Positions 11,668 through 24,167 of a DNA stretch of 63,057 nucleotides are shown in pieces. A program made the position numbers and the translations under genes. The stretch's first letter is position 1; each line of letters starts with the position of its first letter. The stretch is from NCBI RefSeq assembly GCF_049585075.1, contig NZ_JBAUZA010000273.1, positions 1 to 63,057 of the forward strand, given 5' to 3'. This stretch comes from Mycobacterium sp. Lineage in GTDB: Bacteria > Actinomycetota > Actinomycetes > Mycobacteriales > Mycobacteriaceae. Under the pieces are notes generated by a model that was not told the DNA's origin, ran no database searches, and worked only from the letters and a program-made list of their open reading frames with translations.

Positions 11668-12615
11668 TCAAGTCAGCGCAGGCACCACCTTGTCGGCGAG
11701 CAGCTGCACCGACTTCCACGCCTCGTCAACCGGCATGCCGCCGACCAGAGGATGCAGCACGATCGGCCCGTAGTTGTCGGTGTCGCGGACCTCGGCGATC
11801 AGCTGGTCTGGAGTCAGAAAGCGGTATCGTCCCGAGGCCCTTACCTCATCCAGTGTCTGGACCCCGGGTAGATGCATGAGCGAGCGTTGGTCTTTTGACC
11901 ATCCGCCGTAAGTGACTGCCTCCCAAAGGATGTGCTCACCGAGCCGAGCCCAGGCCTGGTCTGGATCTTCGTGCAAGTAGATCATGCCGCGGTTGATCAG
12001 GCCGGGCATGATGACCAGCGGCGCAATCCCCGCGTCAGCACACAGCTCGCGATAGTAGGCGGCGACGTCGGGCAGGTGGTCGGCCAGGCTGAGCGGAAGG
12101 CGAAAACGCGCCGCGCGCCGCGCGGTGACTCGCGCGCCTCCCCCGACGTAGAGCGGTGGATGTGGCCGCGTCCACGAACCTATCCCTGACCACACGGAGA
12201 GCATTCGCTCGATCAGCTGGTCCATCATCTTGCCGCGCTGGCTGAAATCGACACCGAGTTCGTCGTATTCAACGGCGCGATAGCCCAGACCTATCGTGGT
12301 GTGCAGTCGACCGCGGCTCATGTTGTCGACAAGCGCAATGTCTTCGGCGAGCCGGACCGGATTCCACAGCGGACCGAGCGCGCAGTCCACGCTCGCGATC
12401 AGCGTCGAGGTCTGCGCGAGGAACATGCCGGCAGCCATGATCGGGTTGCAGCTCCACCCGTGTCCGGTCGCGTGGTGCTCGTCGACGCTTACCGTCGTGA
12501 TGCCTCGCGATTCGCCCCATTGCGCCAGTTCGAGCGCAGCACGGATCAGTTCGCTCTGCTTGCGTGGCTCTCCTTGCGGCGACGCAAAGTTGAACCGAAG
12601 CACGGTCAGCAACAT
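11668..12615 (-). CDS. LLM-class flavin-dependent oxidoreductase
   Basis: DEHH, NPVRLAEDIALVDNMSRGRL, PPLYVGG. Confidence 0.88.
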   Translation of the reverse strand: MLLTVLRFNFASPQGEPRKQSELIRAALELAQWGESRGITTVSVDEHHATGHGWSCNPIMAAGMFLAQTSTLIASVDCALGPLWNPVRLAEDIALVDNMSRGRLHTTIGLGYRAVEYDELGVDFSQRGKMMDQLIERMLSVWSGIGSWTRPHPPLYVGGGARVTARRAARFRLPLSLADHLPDVAAYYRELCADAGIAPLVIMPGLINRGMIYLHEDPDQAWARLGEHILWEAVTYGGWSKDQRSLMHLPGVQTLDEVRASGRYRFLTPDQLIAEVRDTDNYGPIVLHPLVGGMPVDEAWKSVQLLADKVVPALT

Positions 12616-13083
12616 CTAGTTCGCCGCCGATTGCAGGAAGGCCGGAAAGTCGGGAAACAATGCGCGGTCGACGATCTCGAGGCGGGTGCCGAACTCATCG
12701 ATGTAGTAGGCGAACAACGCCAGATCCGGCGGCGACGTATCAGCGGTCGCTTCGAAGGTGAAACCGTTGGCTTCGAGCAGCCGGGCGCTCTCGGCGAGGT
12801 CGTCGGTGAAGTATCCGAGGTGATGGACCGAGTTGCTTCGCGCCGCAGTCCACGGACTGTCGGGCACCTGCTGGATCAGCTCCACGTGCGGGCTCTGCAA
12901 CGAGTAAACGAACGTCGAGGTGAGTTCGCGGGAACCGTTGGCGGTGCGGAACGGCAGCGTATAGGTCAGCGGTTTGATCCACCGGTAGCCCGCCAGCGCG
13001 CTGAGCCGGGCCATCGCGGTCTCGAGATCGGGCACGACGATGCCGGTGTGGTAGTAGTCCTCCGGTCGTAACGCGAATGCCAT
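12616..13083 (-). CDS. VOC/glyoxalase family protein
   Basis: YHTGIVVPDL, HVELIQ, VHHLGY, RLEIV. Confidence 0.85.
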   Translation of the reverse strand: MAFALRPEDYYHTGIVVPDLETAMARLSALAGYRWIKPLTYTLPFRTANGSRELTSTFVYSLQSPHVELIQQVPDSPWTAARSNSVHHLGYFTDDLAESARLLEANGFTFEATADTSPPDLALFAYYIDEFGTRLEIVDRALFPDFPAFLQSAAN

Positions 13084-13100
13084 GGGACTCCTTTGAGATT

Positions 13101-13850
13101 TCAGACGCAGTCGGATGCGCCGTCGACAACGAACACGGCGCCGCTGGTGTACCTGCTTTGCTCGGTGCACAGAAAGGCCACCGTCGGTGCGATCTCCCCC
13201 ACGGATCCGAAGCGCCGCAACGGGATGTGACCCAACTCGGACTCGACAAGTTCTGCAGCGATATGCATGGGCGCGGTCATTGGCGTGTCGATCGTGCCGG
13301 GCGCGACGGCATTCACGCGGATTTCCTTGTCGGCCCATTTGACGGCGAGATTTCGGGTGACGTCGATGATGCCTGCCTTCGCCGCACCATAGCCGGGCAC
13401 CAACGGGACGGCTCGCAGCGCTGACATCGATGCCAAATTCACCACGCTGGCGCCTCCGGTGGCCGTCGACGCCCTCAGCGCTCGGTAGAGGCCGACCGTC
13501 AAGCGGTACGGACCGGTCAGGTTCAGCGCCACCGACGCCTCGAATCCATCCGGCTTCGACTCATCAAGGCCGCCAGGAAAATTCGCTCCCGCGTTGTTCA
13601 CCAGCACGTCAAGCCGGGTGAAGTTCTGCGCCAATGAATCCACCGAGTCGTGGTCGGTCATCTGCAACTGGTGGTAGGTCATGTCCGACAGATCGACGTC
13701 ATAGTCCGTTGCGGCGGGTTTGGTTCCGGTAATACTGACCTGCGCCCCGGCGTCCCGAAACAACACCGCTGTTGCATGCCCGATCCCGCTAGTGCCGCCG
13801 GTGATCAACGCCTGGGTTCCGGTGAAGTCAAAACTGACCTGAGCTGTCAT
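13101..13850 (-). CDS. SDR oxidoreductase
   Basis: TGGTSGIG, NNAG, YGAAK, RVNAVAPG. Confidence 0.92.
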   Translation of the reverse strand: MTAQVSFDFTGTQALITGGTSGIGHATAVLFRDAGAQVSITGTKPAATDYDVDLSDMTYHQLQMTDHDSVDSLAQNFTRLDVLVNNAGANFPGGLDESKPDGFEASVALNLTGPYRLTVGLYRALRASTATGGASVVNLASMSALRAVPLVPGYGAAKAGIIDVTRNLAVKWADKEIRVNAVAPGTIDTPMTAPMHIAAELVESELGHIPLRRFGSVGEIAPTVAFLCTEQSRYTSGAVFVVDGASDCV

Positions 13851-15088
13851 GAGTTTCTCGCGATTTGTTCGGTGAGCCAGGCTCGTTCCCAGAAGTTCGT
13901 GGTATCTGCCAACAGCTTCTCGTGGGCTTCCCGCAACACGTCGCGCACCCCTGGATGGTCTGCGGGCACCAGCTCGGCGAGGTGGATGGCGTGCAGCGCC
14001 CGGTCGGCACCCAGATGTTCGCGCGCTCGTTTCACCAGCGCGCCCGGACCGGCCAACTCGAGCAGGTCGGCGCTGACGGCGTCGAAACCCACCGGATAGA
14101 GCTCGGTCGTCGACCGGTGATGGAACCAGCCCGAGTAGGTCTCCCAGATGGCCCGCACATCCCAGGAGACTTTTCCATAGCCTTGGCCCACTTCGTATTC
14201 CGCGGGCAAGGTGATCTCATTCATCAGGGTTCGGACATCTTTGCCGGCGTTCATCCCGGCGACGGTCTGGTCGTGAATGTAGGCGATAGCGTTGCGCAGC
14301 CGGGTTAGCTCGGCGTTGATGCGATCGACGCCCGCGATCGGGTCGAAGTGGCCGGTCACCAACAACTCGGGTTGCAGGTCACGAACCCGTTCGACCGACG
14401 CGATGGCGGTCAGTGCATCGCGGTACCGGTCGCCGCGTATCGTGACCAAGTTGGGAATATGCCCGAAGAGCGGGCCGAAAGTATTCCCGGACAGGCAGAT
14501 TCGCTCCTCCGGCAGCCAGATCACCAGCGAGTCGCTGGTTTCCCCGCCTGGCACTGAGATCAACTCTATGCGCCGACCACCGACTTCGAGCGTAAGCGTG
14601 TCTTCGAAGTCGAGGTCGACGGTGGGAACGCTTTGCGCCGGCAACCGCTTAGTTCCCAGACGACGTTGAATGGCCTGGATACCGGTCGCCAGGGTGTCTT
14701 TGAAAGCGAACGCGCTGCGGCTGGCCCGATACGGGATCAGCCGTTCGTTGTCGTCCCGCCATAGCGTCCAGTTCGCCTGTGCGACAACCGTTGTATCCGG
14801 GTCTCGCACACTGTCCAAGCCGCCGACGTGGTCGACGTGGCCTTGGGTGAAGATGATGTAGCGCACCGGCGAGCCGTCCACAGCGTCGAAGTTGGCGCGG
14901 TGCACCGGGCCCTCGAAGCCCATCCCGGTGTTGACGACAACTCGGCCGTCATTCGTGGTCAGCAGGTAGGAGTTCGATAGACCTGGCGAGCACCACAGCC
15001 CCGGGGCGACCTGCTCGGCCTTTTCCGCGGATGCCGGGCGCATGGCGTCGGCGCCCGGCCGGCTCCGATAGACCGGTTCAAAGGTCAC
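13847..15088 (-). CDS. MBL-fold hydrolase, alkyl sulfatase-like
   Basis: TQGHVDHVGG, PGGET, PNLVTIRGDRYRD, GYGKVSW, GWF. Confidence 0.8.
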   Translation of the reverse strand: MTFEPVYRSRPGADAMRPASAEKAEQVAPGLWCSPGLSNSYLLTTNDGRVVVNTGMGFEGPVHRANFDAVDGSPVRYIIFTQGHVDHVGGLDSVRDPDTTVVAQANWTLWRDDNERLIPYRASRSAFAFKDTLATGIQAIQRRLGTKRLPAQSVPTVDLDFEDTLTLEVGGRRIELISVPGGETSDSLVIWLPEERICLSGNTFGPLFGHIPNLVTIRGDRYRDALTAIASVERVRDLQPELLVTGHFDPIAGVDRINAELTRLRNAIAYIHDQTVAGMNAGKDVRTLMNEITLPAEYEVGQGYGKVSWDVRAIWETYSGWFHHRSTTELYPVGFDAVSADLLELAGPGALVKRAREHLGADRALHAIHLAELVPADHPGVRDVLREAHEKLLADTTNFWERAWLTEQIARNS

Positions 15089-15098
15089 TGTTTCTCCT

Positions 15099-16343
15099 TC
15101 ACTCGGCGCGTACGTCGAACCGGTCGAAATAGAAATCGAACCGGGTGCGGAGTTTGTCGGGCGAGATGCCGAAGTGCCGTTGCAAGTCGTAGCGGATATG
15201 GCCGTGCTTGCCGCGGGGATTACCGTCGAGGTAACGCTGGAAGCTGGCGCGCACCTTGGGTGTCAGTTCGACCGCGCCACGTTGGTAAAGCTCTTCGAGC
15301 AAGGGCATTTCGTTGCCGTTGAGATGGTGGAAGCTGATATCGATGCTGCGTTCGGCCGGCACCACGTCGCGGTCACGCACACATGCGCTGAGCAGCCGGT
15401 GCACCCGGTCGCTCCAGTAGTCCAGCAGCCAGCCCGGTTCGATGCTGGTCCGACGCAACCGGTCGGAGTAGGCCATCATCGTGATCGCCGACTGGATCAC
15501 CGCGACCGGATCGCGATGCGTGAACGCCACTGTCGCATCTGGGAAGGTGGCCATCAACGGGCCCAGCTGCTCGCAATGCTGCGGGCTTTTCAGCACCCAC
15601 GTTCGCGGACCGCGTAGGAATGTCAACGCCTGCAAGACTTTCCTCATGTATGCGTAGTGCCGGTTTTGATCGAGGCTCAGGTAGTAGTCGCGCCAATCCG
15701 GCACGCGTGCATGCCATTCCAGAACGTAGCCGGCCAAATCGAGGTCGAGCAGTTCCACTTCCTCCTCGATCGCCTCGGGGAACCGGTCGTGCATCGCTGC
15801 GACGACGGGCGCGCTGGCCATCAGCGCGTCGTGTTCGGATTTAGCTCGCGCGTAACGGGGGTCGACGCCGAAGATGTCGGGTCCTTCACCGGGCACCGGG
15901 ATCGGATCCTGGCTCTCCCAGTACGGCAGCGCGCGACGGCGCGGATCGGCAGCGATGAGATTGACCAGGTGCGTGGTACCGGACCGTGGCATCCCGACGA
16001 CGATGAACGGCTTCTCGATTCGGATCGACTCGATCTCGGGATACCGCTTAAGCAGGTCGATCAGCGAGAGCCGGTTGCGCAGCAGGCGTACCACTCGTTG
16101 GCGCAGCGACGAGCGGGTGAGCTGGGTCAGACCATGGTCGGCTTCGATCGCAGCCACATGCGTGGTCAAGCGGTCACGGAAGCCATCGGTGTCGTCCAGG
16201 TCGTCGGCGCCCGCTTGCTCGGTCGCCTCATCAAGCATCTGATCGATGTCGAAGTCGACGCGTTTGGCCTCAGTGAATTCCAGAATCTGGCGCTGCACAT
16301 CGGTCAGCCGCGGCGACGTCAAATCGTCAAAGTCGATACTCAA
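15099..16343 (-). CDS. Sulfotransferase family protein
   Basis: GMPRSGTTHL PAPS loop, WVLKSPQH, HRDP; probable TTG start directly after the upstream stop. Confidence 0.88.
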   Translation of the reverse strand: MSIDFDDLTSPRLTDVQRQILEFTEAKRVDFDIDQMLDEATEQAGADDLDDTDGFRDRLTTHVAAIEADHGLTQLTRSSLRQRVVRLLRNRLSLIDLLKRYPEIESIRIEKPFIVVGMPRSGTTHLVNLIAADPRRRALPYWESQDPIPVPGEGPDIFGVDPRYARAKSEHDALMASAPVVAAMHDRFPEAIEEEVELLDLDLAGYVLEWHARVPDWRDYYLSLDQNRHYAYMRKVLQALTFLRGPRTWVLKSPQHCEQLGPLMATFPDATVAFTHRDPVAVIQSAITMMAYSDRLRRTSIEPGWLLDYWSDRVHRLLSACVRDRDVVPAERSIDISFHHLNGNEMPLLEELYQRGAVELTPKVRASFQRYLDGNPRGKHGHIRYDLQRHFGISPDKLRTRFDFYFDRFDVRAE

Positions 16344-16344
16344 G

Positions 16345-17310
16345 TCAGAACGTGTTGGTGAAAAGCAGTTCGAGAGACCCGAATAGGCTCTGCAACAGTC
16401 CGCTGTCGGCGGCCCCATGGAAGAGCACTGCACTAAGCCACGCGTCGACGTTATCGGCGGGGAGGGGGATGTCGACAAGTGTGAGCTGGCCGTCGATCGT
16501 CGTCGTCGCGTCAGCGACTTCCGTCGGTGTCAACCCCAGGTACTCCACGTGCGGACCGAATATGTCCAGCAGCGCGCCAAACAGGCCCTTCGTTGCGAAC
16601 TCCTCTTCGAAGTTGGCGACCGGATCGGTGTCCAGACTGTAGATGGTCGCCGGGTACAGATCATCCGGCGTCACGTTGCCAAGGACGGAGTTCAGCTGTA
16701 AGAGGCTGAGCAGAGAGTTCGTGAAGCTCGTACCGAGCGTCTGATCCATGTCCGTTTCCAGGTTGGACCAAACGCCGGTGACGGGAAGCGACGGGTCGCC
16801 GATGAACACGAAGTGCAGATCGTCGCTGGGAATGCCGGCTTCTTCGAGTCGGGTCATCGCGATCGACTCGACGGTGGCGCTTTGCGAGTATCCGAAGATT
16901 GTCAGCGGGTGCTCGGCGTTGAAAGCGCCGGGATCCGCATTGAATTCGTTCTCCACGGCGAGGACGAGGTCGTCCGCGCCGGTGAGACTGCTCGGCCCCT
17001 GCTGGACCAGCTCGGGCGTCGTCAGGACCTGCAGCGGCGCGGCGCAGGGGTCGGTCCCGATCATGTCGCAGACCGTCGAGCCGGTCGCGCCATCGTCGAA
17101 GCCCAGCGGGTTCAGAAACAGATCCTCGGCGGTCTGCGCGAACTCGGTCGACGGCATCGGCTCGGTGGTTCCGCCCAGGATGATCGCCGTCTCGCTCCCG
17201 GACAACACGCCGTCGGCGTAAGCGGGGGCGGCTTGATTGAGCATCGCGCTAGCCAGGCCAACGAACACGCCCACGGCGGTCACTTTCGCGAGCGACTTAG
17301 ATCCGTTCAC
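16345..17310 (-). CDS. Secreted PE-PPE-domain (cutinase-like serine hydrolase) protein
   Basis: Signal peptide ending PAYA; FGYSQSA, FVFIGDP, DPVANF, HVEY. Confidence 0.8.
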   Translation of the reverse strand: MNGSKSLAKVTAVGVFVGLASAMLNQAAPAYADGVLSGSETAIILGGTTEPMPSTEFAQTAEDLFLNPLGFDDGATGSTVCDMIGTDPCAAPLQVLTTPELVQQGPSSLTGADDLVLAVENEFNADPGAFNAEHPLTIFGYSQSATVESIAMTRLEEAGIPSDDLHFVFIGDPSLPVTGVWSNLETDMDQTLGTSFTNSLLSLLQLNSVLGNVTPDDLYPATIYSLDTDPVANFEEEFATKGLFGALLDIFGPHVEYLGLTPTEVADATTTIDGQLTLVDIPLPADNVDAWLSAVLFHGAADSGLLQSLFGSLELLFTNTF

Positions 17311-17479
17311 CGAGCACTCCTTGCTCCCACTAGCGCGCCCCCAATGCGCGCTGCGTCATCGAATCTTCTTATCTGAAGTTAATCGTGGTTTCAAGGAGCT
17401 CTCAGTCTCCGCGCCCAACTGCGTTGCGTTTAGGCGCACCGTGCCGGGGTACTTGCAGGGGAAAAGCGGAGGTGCGGGA

Positions 17480-18046
17480 ATGTCCGAGATGATTATTCAA
17501 TCCCCCGACGAAGTGGTCGCGTTCCTTAAAGCACAGCACAACCTCATCGAGGACATGTTCGACCAAGTGCTGCATGCATCAGACCCGCAAGCACGCGAGA
17601 AGCCATTCGCGCAGTTGCGCCAATTGCTGGCCGTCCACGAGACGGCCGAGGAGATGGTGGTGCATCCTCGGGTGCGCCGCGAGGTGGATGCCATCGACTC
17701 GATCGTCGATGCTCGCCTCGAAGAGGAGCATGAGGCCAAGGAGCTGTTGTCCGCGATCGAAAAGATCGACATCACCACACAACAGTTCATCGACGAGCTC
17801 ACCAAGTTGCGCGATGCAGTGCTCGACCACGCCGCCCACGAGGAGAAATTCGAATTTCCGAAGTTGCAGCAGGAACTCAACGCCGACGAACGTAAGCGGT
17901 TGACGTCAGCAGTTCAGGCCGCCGAGGCCATCGCACCAACCCGCCCGCATGCCGGGGTGGAAACGCCGTTGTTGAATTTTGCCGTCGGACCGTTCGCCTC
18001 GATGCTCGACCGCGCCCGCGATCTGATTGAACGCGCCCGCAATTAG
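17480..18046 (+). CDS. Hemerythrin-domain protein
   Basis: QH, HETAEEMVVHP, EEEH, HAAHEE, APTRPH. Confidence 0.88.
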   Translation: MSEMIIQSPDEVVAFLKAQHNLIEDMFDQVLHASDPQAREKPFAQLRQLLAVHETAEEMVVHPRVRREVDAIDSIVDARLEEEHEAKELLSAIEKIDITTQQFIDELTKLRDAVLDHAAHEEKFEFPKLQQELNADERKRLTSAVQAAEAIAPTRPHAGVETPLLNFAVGPFASMLDRARDLIERARN

Positions 18047-18091
18047 GCCAACCGCAATTCGAGCAGGGCGCACCTTTCAATCCTCCGTAGT

Positions 18092-19552
18092 GTGGATGAA
18101 GTGAGCGTCGCTCCCGATACCACCGTTGCCCTGCAAGACCACTTCTTCCGCGACTTGCCGGAGATGGCTGTCCGGTGGCAAGCCGAGACCTTCCCCGACC
18201 TGCGACTGCTCGCGCTCAACGAGCCGCTGGCCGCCGAGCTCGGCCTCGACGCGGCCTGGCTGCGCGGCCCAGCAGGGCTGCGCTTCTTGGTTGGCAACCA
18301 GGTTCCCGACGACGCCGCTCCAGTAGCCCAGGCCTACGCCGGGCACCAGTTCGGCGGCTACGTGCCCCGGTTGGGCGACGGACGCGCCCTGCTGCTGGGC
18401 GAGCTCGTCGGCGCCGACGGGTGCCTGCGCGACATCCACCTCAAAGGCTCGGGGCCCACGCCGTTCGCCCGCGGCGGCGACGGCCTCGCCGCGGTGGGAC
18501 CGATGCTGCGCGAATACATCATCAGCGAGGCCATGCACGCGCTGGGTGTCCCGACGACGCGATCGTTGGCAGTGGTCGGCACCGGACGCCCGGTACAGCG
18601 CGAGACGCCGCTGCCGGGTGCCGTGCTCGCCCGCGTCGCCAGCAGCCACCTGCGGGTCGGGAGCTTCCAATACGCCGCAGGCACCGCCAACCTTGACCTG
18701 CTGCGACGCCTGGCCGACCACGCGATCGCCCGCCACCACCCCGCCGCGGCCGACGCCGATCACCCTTACCTCGCGCTGTTCGAAGCCGTGGCCAGGGTTC
18801 AGGCGTCGCTGGTCGCCCGATGGATGCTGATCGGCTTCATCCACGGCGTGATGAACACCGACAACATGACGATCTCCGGCGAATCCATCGACTACGGACC
18901 ATGCGCCTTCATGGAGGCCTACGACCCCGACACGGTGTTCAGCTCGATCGATTACTGGGGCCGCTACGCCTACGGCAATCAGCCCGCCATCGCGGGGTGG
19001 AACCTCGCCCGGTTCGCCGAGGCGCTTCTCCCGTTGCTCTCCGACAACGAAGAAGAAGGACTCGAAAAGGCCGTAGCACTCGCCGAGAACGCGTTCGGGG
19101 CATTTCGCGACGAGTACGACACGGCCTGGACGTCGGGTATGCGAGTCAAACTTGGCCTGTCTGCGGACATCGAAACCGAGGTCGTCACGTCCTTGGTCGA
19201 CGAGTTGTGGCCCCTGCTAAAGGAAAGCAAGGTGGATTACACCTCGTTCTTCCGCAAGTTAAGCCAGGCAGCCCGTGGAGCCACCGGGCCTGTCGGCTTC
19301 GACGATTGGATCTCACGCTGGCGAGCGCTGGGCCCGGCCGCCGAGTCAATGGACCGCGCCAACCCGATCTACATTCCGCGCAACCATCTCGTCGAGGAAG
19401 CGCTGACCGCCGCCACGGCGGGCGACCTGGATCCGCTTGAACAGCTACTGGTAGCGGTGACCGAGCCTTACCACGAACGACCGGGCCTCGAGCGCTACGC
19501 CAGTCCCGCCCCCGAAGACTTCGGCACCTACCAAACCTTCTGCGGCACCTAA
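18092..19552 (+). CDS. selO: Protein adenylyltransferase SelO (YdiU)
   Basis: [30 protein letters not shown], terminal TFCGT. Confidence 0.95.
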   Translation: MDEVSVAPDTTVALQDHFFRDLPEMAVRWQAETFPDLRLLALNEPLAAELGLDAAWLRGPAGLRFLVGNQVPDDAAPVAQAYAGHQFGGYVPRLGDGRALLLGELVGADGCLRDIHLKGSGPTPFARGGDGLAAVGPMLREYIISEAMHALGVPTTRSLAVVGTGRPVQRETPLPGAVLARVASSHLRVGSFQYAAGTANLDLLRRLADHAIARHHPAAADADHPYLALFEAVARVQASLVARWMLIGFIHGVMNTDNMTISGESIDYGPCAFMEAYDPDTVFSSIDYWGRYAYGNQPAIAGWNLARFAEALLPLLSDNEEEGLEKAVALAENAFGAFRDEYDTAWTSGMRVKLGLSADIETEVVTSLVDELWPLLKESKVDYTSFFRKLSQAARGATGPVGFDDWISRWRALGPAAESMDRANPIYIPRNHLVEEALTAATAGDLDPLEQLLVAVTEPYHERPGLERYASPAPEDFGTYQTFCGT

Positions 19553-19616
19553 ACACGGTCGTCAGCTGCACCCGGCGTCGTCAACATGTCGGCCACGTTG
19601 GCCCATTGCGGGTAGA

Positions 19617-19880
19617 GTGGGTGGAAACAACGTGAGGGTGGGCGCAGTGGCCATACAGGATTGGTGCGACGCACCCGAGATTCATCCATCGCAAATCCGC
19701 GTCGGCGACATCATCGGCACGCTGCGCCAAACCGATCTGCGCTATACGGTCAAGCTCGTCAGCGGGCCGCAGACAACTCCGCGACGGTGGACATTTTTCG
19801 GCCGCGACGACAAAGGCCTGCAACACAACAACACGTTCGGAGAAGACGAGTTAGTTCGTAGGTACGCCAAAGCATCTTGA
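19617..19880 (+). CDS. Small hypothetical protein (start uncertain)
   Basis: Protein-like composition (IRVGDIIG...WTFFG) filling the intergenic gap. Confidence 0.55.
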   Translation: MGGNNVRVGAVAIQDWCDAPEIHPSQIRVGDIIGTLRQTDLRYTVKLVSGPQTTPRRWTFFGRDDKGLQHNNTFGEDELVRRYAKAS

Positions 19881-19974
19881 CAACGTGTGGCTACGGCTGC
19901 TGACTACATCCGCGTAGCTCCGGCCCTCACCGACCTTTCAGCCGATGCCTGCTTGGGCGCTTTGTTCAACTTGT

Positions 19975-20430
19975 TCAGTGGATGTCACTCCGCTGGTCGG
20001 CGGCCACGCTTTCCAGGAGTTGCCGAAGGTCGACCGTGAGACCGGCTTGCGCGGCACTTTCAAGCCAGCGCGCCTCTAACTCCGAGATCTCGCTGAGCGC
20101 GACACGCAGCAGGGCGGCACCCTTGCGCGTCGGGTGCACGAGGCGGGCCCGGCCGTCAGACGGGTCCGGTTTGAGCTCGAGATAGCCGCTGCGCTGCAAC
20201 CCGGTGACCAGTTCGGTGATCGCTTGGCGTGACACGCCGGCGCGCTGGGCCAACGTCGTCAATCGGGTGCCGTCGGGGTCAAGGTTCTCGAAAACGAGGT
20301 GCTGTGCGGGCGTCGTGTCGGGGTAGCCGGCGGCCTGCAGGCGGGCGACCAACTCGTCCACCATTTGCCGGGCCACAGATCGGACCACGGCGATCAGCGT
20401 GATCACCCGGGTCCGTTCGTCAGCGGTCAT
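19975..20430 (-). CDS. MarR family transcriptional regulator
   Basis: GTRLTTLAQRAGVSRQA...PDPSDGRARLV. Confidence 0.9.
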   Translation of the reverse strand: MTADERTRVITLIAVVRSVARQMVDELVARLQAAGYPDTTPAQHLVFENLDPDGTRLTTLAQRAGVSRQAITELVTGLQRSGYLELKPDPSDGRARLVHPTRKGAALLRVALSEISELEARWLESAAQAGLTVDLRQLLESVAADQRSDIH

Positions 20431-20443
20431 CCGACCATTTGAC

Positions 20444-20466
20444 ATTACGCAAGGTACTTGCGCAAT
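20444..20466. promoter_or_regulatory. Putative MarR operator
   Basis: ATTACGCAAG-GTA-CTTGCGCAAT (1 mismatch) next to TTGACA at 20439 in the divergent gap. Confidence 0.65.
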
Positions 20467-20516
20467 AATAGGCAAATGTCTTGCGCATCTGGAATCGGCT
20501 GAGAGCTGAGCACGAA

Positions 20517-20975
20517 ATGGACGCCCCGGCATTTCGGATCTGGCCGCCAGTGGCTTTGGGCCTTTCACTGGTGCTTGGACTCACAGCGACGGCCGCTTTC
20601 GGGGATCCCGTCACGATCCCGCCGGTGGTGTGCCGGTTGGCCGGCGCAGTCCTCGTCGTGATGTTCGCGATTTGGAATGGATGGACGCTGGGCGTGATGG
20701 CCGCCAACCGCACCGCGGTCCTTCCTGGCGGAGCGTCGACTGTGCTGCTGCAGTCGGGGCCGTTCCGGCTCAGCCGCAATCCGCTCTACCTCGGACTGAT
20801 CGCGCTCGATGCAGCATTGGCCCTGTTGCTGTCGTCGATGTGGGCACTACTTCTGGTGCCGGTCAGTATCGCTGCACTGCGCTGGGGCGCGATCGCTCCT
20901 GAGGAGCGCTACCTCGCCGCGAAGTTCGGCGCCGATTACGACGCCTATCGAAACAACGTCCGGCGGTGGCTATGA
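20517..20975 (+). CDS. Isoprenylcysteine carboxylmethyltransferase/PEMT family membrane protein
   Basis: GPFRLSRNPLYLG, EERYLAAKFG..Y..Y...VRRW. Confidence 0.88.
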   Translation: MDAPAFRIWPPVALGLSLVLGLTATAAFGDPVTIPPVVCRLAGAVLVVMFAIWNGWTLGVMAANRTAVLPGGASTVLLQSGPFRLSRNPLYLGLIALDAALALLLSSMWALLLVPVSIAALRWGAIAPEERYLAAKFGADYDAYRNNVRRWL

Positions 20976-20997
20976 ACCGGGTGCTGCCGGTGTGTTA

Positions 20998-22758
<1,761 letters not shown>

Positions 22759-22812
22759 GATTACTCCCTTGGTCTGCCCGCTGGCTGGCTACAGTGAAAC
22801 CGCGGAAGATAA

Positions 22813-22827
22813 TGTAACACCGTTACA
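22813..22827. promoter_or_regulatory. Putative TetR operator TGTAAC-N3-GTTACA
   Basis: Perfect palindrome in the divergent deacylase/Rieske gap. Confidence 0.6.
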
Positions 22828-22847
22828 GACGCGATGGGAGTGCTTCG

Positions 22848-24167
22848 ATGACGACGCAAGCCGCGCCTCATGCCCAGCGAGAGGACGCGATCGGCGCGCC
22901 GCCGCAACGTCCGACCCTTGTGCCCGCGGAGCGGTACTACTCCCCCGCGTTTGCACAGCTCGAGGTGCAGCGGATGTGGCCGAAGGTGTGGCAGGTCGCC
23001 TGCACGGTGGACCACGTCGCCGAGCCCGGCGATTATCTCGAATACCGTTGCGGCCCTTACTCGGTACTCATCGTTCGCGGCGACGACGGGACGCTTCGCG
23101 CGTTCCAGAACGTCTGCCGCCATCGCGGCAATTCGTTGCGTGCCGGCTCAGGCGCAGATTTGCATGAACTGCGCTGCGGCTACCACGGGTGGACCTGGGA
23201 TCTGTGCGGTGTTCTCAAGCGGGTCCCGAACCGCAAGGGATTCGGGACGCTGCAGATGTCTGAGCTGCCACTCGTCGCGGTTCGCGTCGACACCTGGGAG
23301 AGGCTGGTATTTGTCAACCTGGACGTCGACGCGGCGCCGCTGGCCGACTACTTGGAGGCGATCCCGCAGGACATCGCGTGGCTCGGTGTCGGCGACTTCC
23401 GGTGCTACGGGACCATGACGATCGAAGTCGACGCGAATTGGAAGACGATCGCCGACGGGTTCAGCGAGACCTACCACGTCCAGACGCTGCACCCCGAGTT
23501 GCACCGGTGCATGGATGATGTCTATGCCCCACAGATGATTTGGGGGCACACCGGCAAGTCCGAGCAGCTCTACGGCGTGCCAAGCCCGCATCTCAAGCGC
23601 ACACCCACAGACGCCGAGGTGTGGGACGCCTACGTCAACACCCAGGGAGCACTGATGGGCCTCGCGGAGGGCACACCGTTCCCTGGTGGTGGCCAGTCAG
23701 CCAAAGACGTAATCGCCGAACGAACAAAAGCTTTCGCTGCTTCCCGCGGCGTCGATTTAGATTGGGCCAGTGCCGATCAGGTGATGCGGCTGCACCAATA
23801 CAACGTCTTTCCTAATCTGACGTTGCTGGCCAACGCTGATCACTTGACGGTGATGGCCGCACGTCCAGGGCCCGATCCCGATCACGGCGAGTTTGTCATG
23901 TTGTTGTGGACGCGGATGTCACCGGGTGCGCCGCGGATCAAGCCCGCCGACGTACGGATGACAGCGAACGAGGCCGAGCCCGGTCTGGTGATGACGCAGG
24001 ACATCAAGCTGTTGGCCGGACTGCAGCAAGGAATGCATCAGCCCGGGTTCACCCACTTGACGCTGTCCAACGAGGAACGGCGGGTCATCAATATGCACCG
24101 CAACCTCGAACGGTATCTCGACCTCCCGGAATCGGAGTGCATGACCGGAGGCGAAAGCAGTGGCTGA
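22848..24167 (+). CDS. Rieske ring-hydroxylating oxygenase alpha subunit
   Basis: CRHRG...CGYHGW Rieske motif; ANWK...ETYHVQTLH mononuclear iron site. Confidence 0.92.
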   Translation: MTTQAAPHAQREDAIGAPPQRPTLVPAERYYSPAFAQLEVQRMWPKVWQVACTVDHVAEPGDYLEYRCGPYSVLIVRGDDGTLRAFQNVCRHRGNSLRAGSGADLHELRCGYHGWTWDLCGVLKRVPNRKGFGTLQMSELPLVAVRVDTWERLVFVNLDVDAAPLADYLEAIPQDIAWLGVGDFRCYGTMTIEVDANWKTIADGFSETYHVQTLHPELHRCMDDVYAPQMIWGHTGKSEQLYGVPSPHLKRTPTDAEVWDAYVNTQGALMGLAEGTPFPGGGQSAKDVIAERTKAFAASRGVDLDWASADQVMRLHQYNVFPNLTLLANADHLTVMAARPGPDPDHGEFVMLLWTRMSPGAPRIKPADVRMTANEAEPGLVMTQDIKLLAGLQQGMHQPGFTHLTLSNEERRVINMHRNLERYLDLPESECMTGGESSG

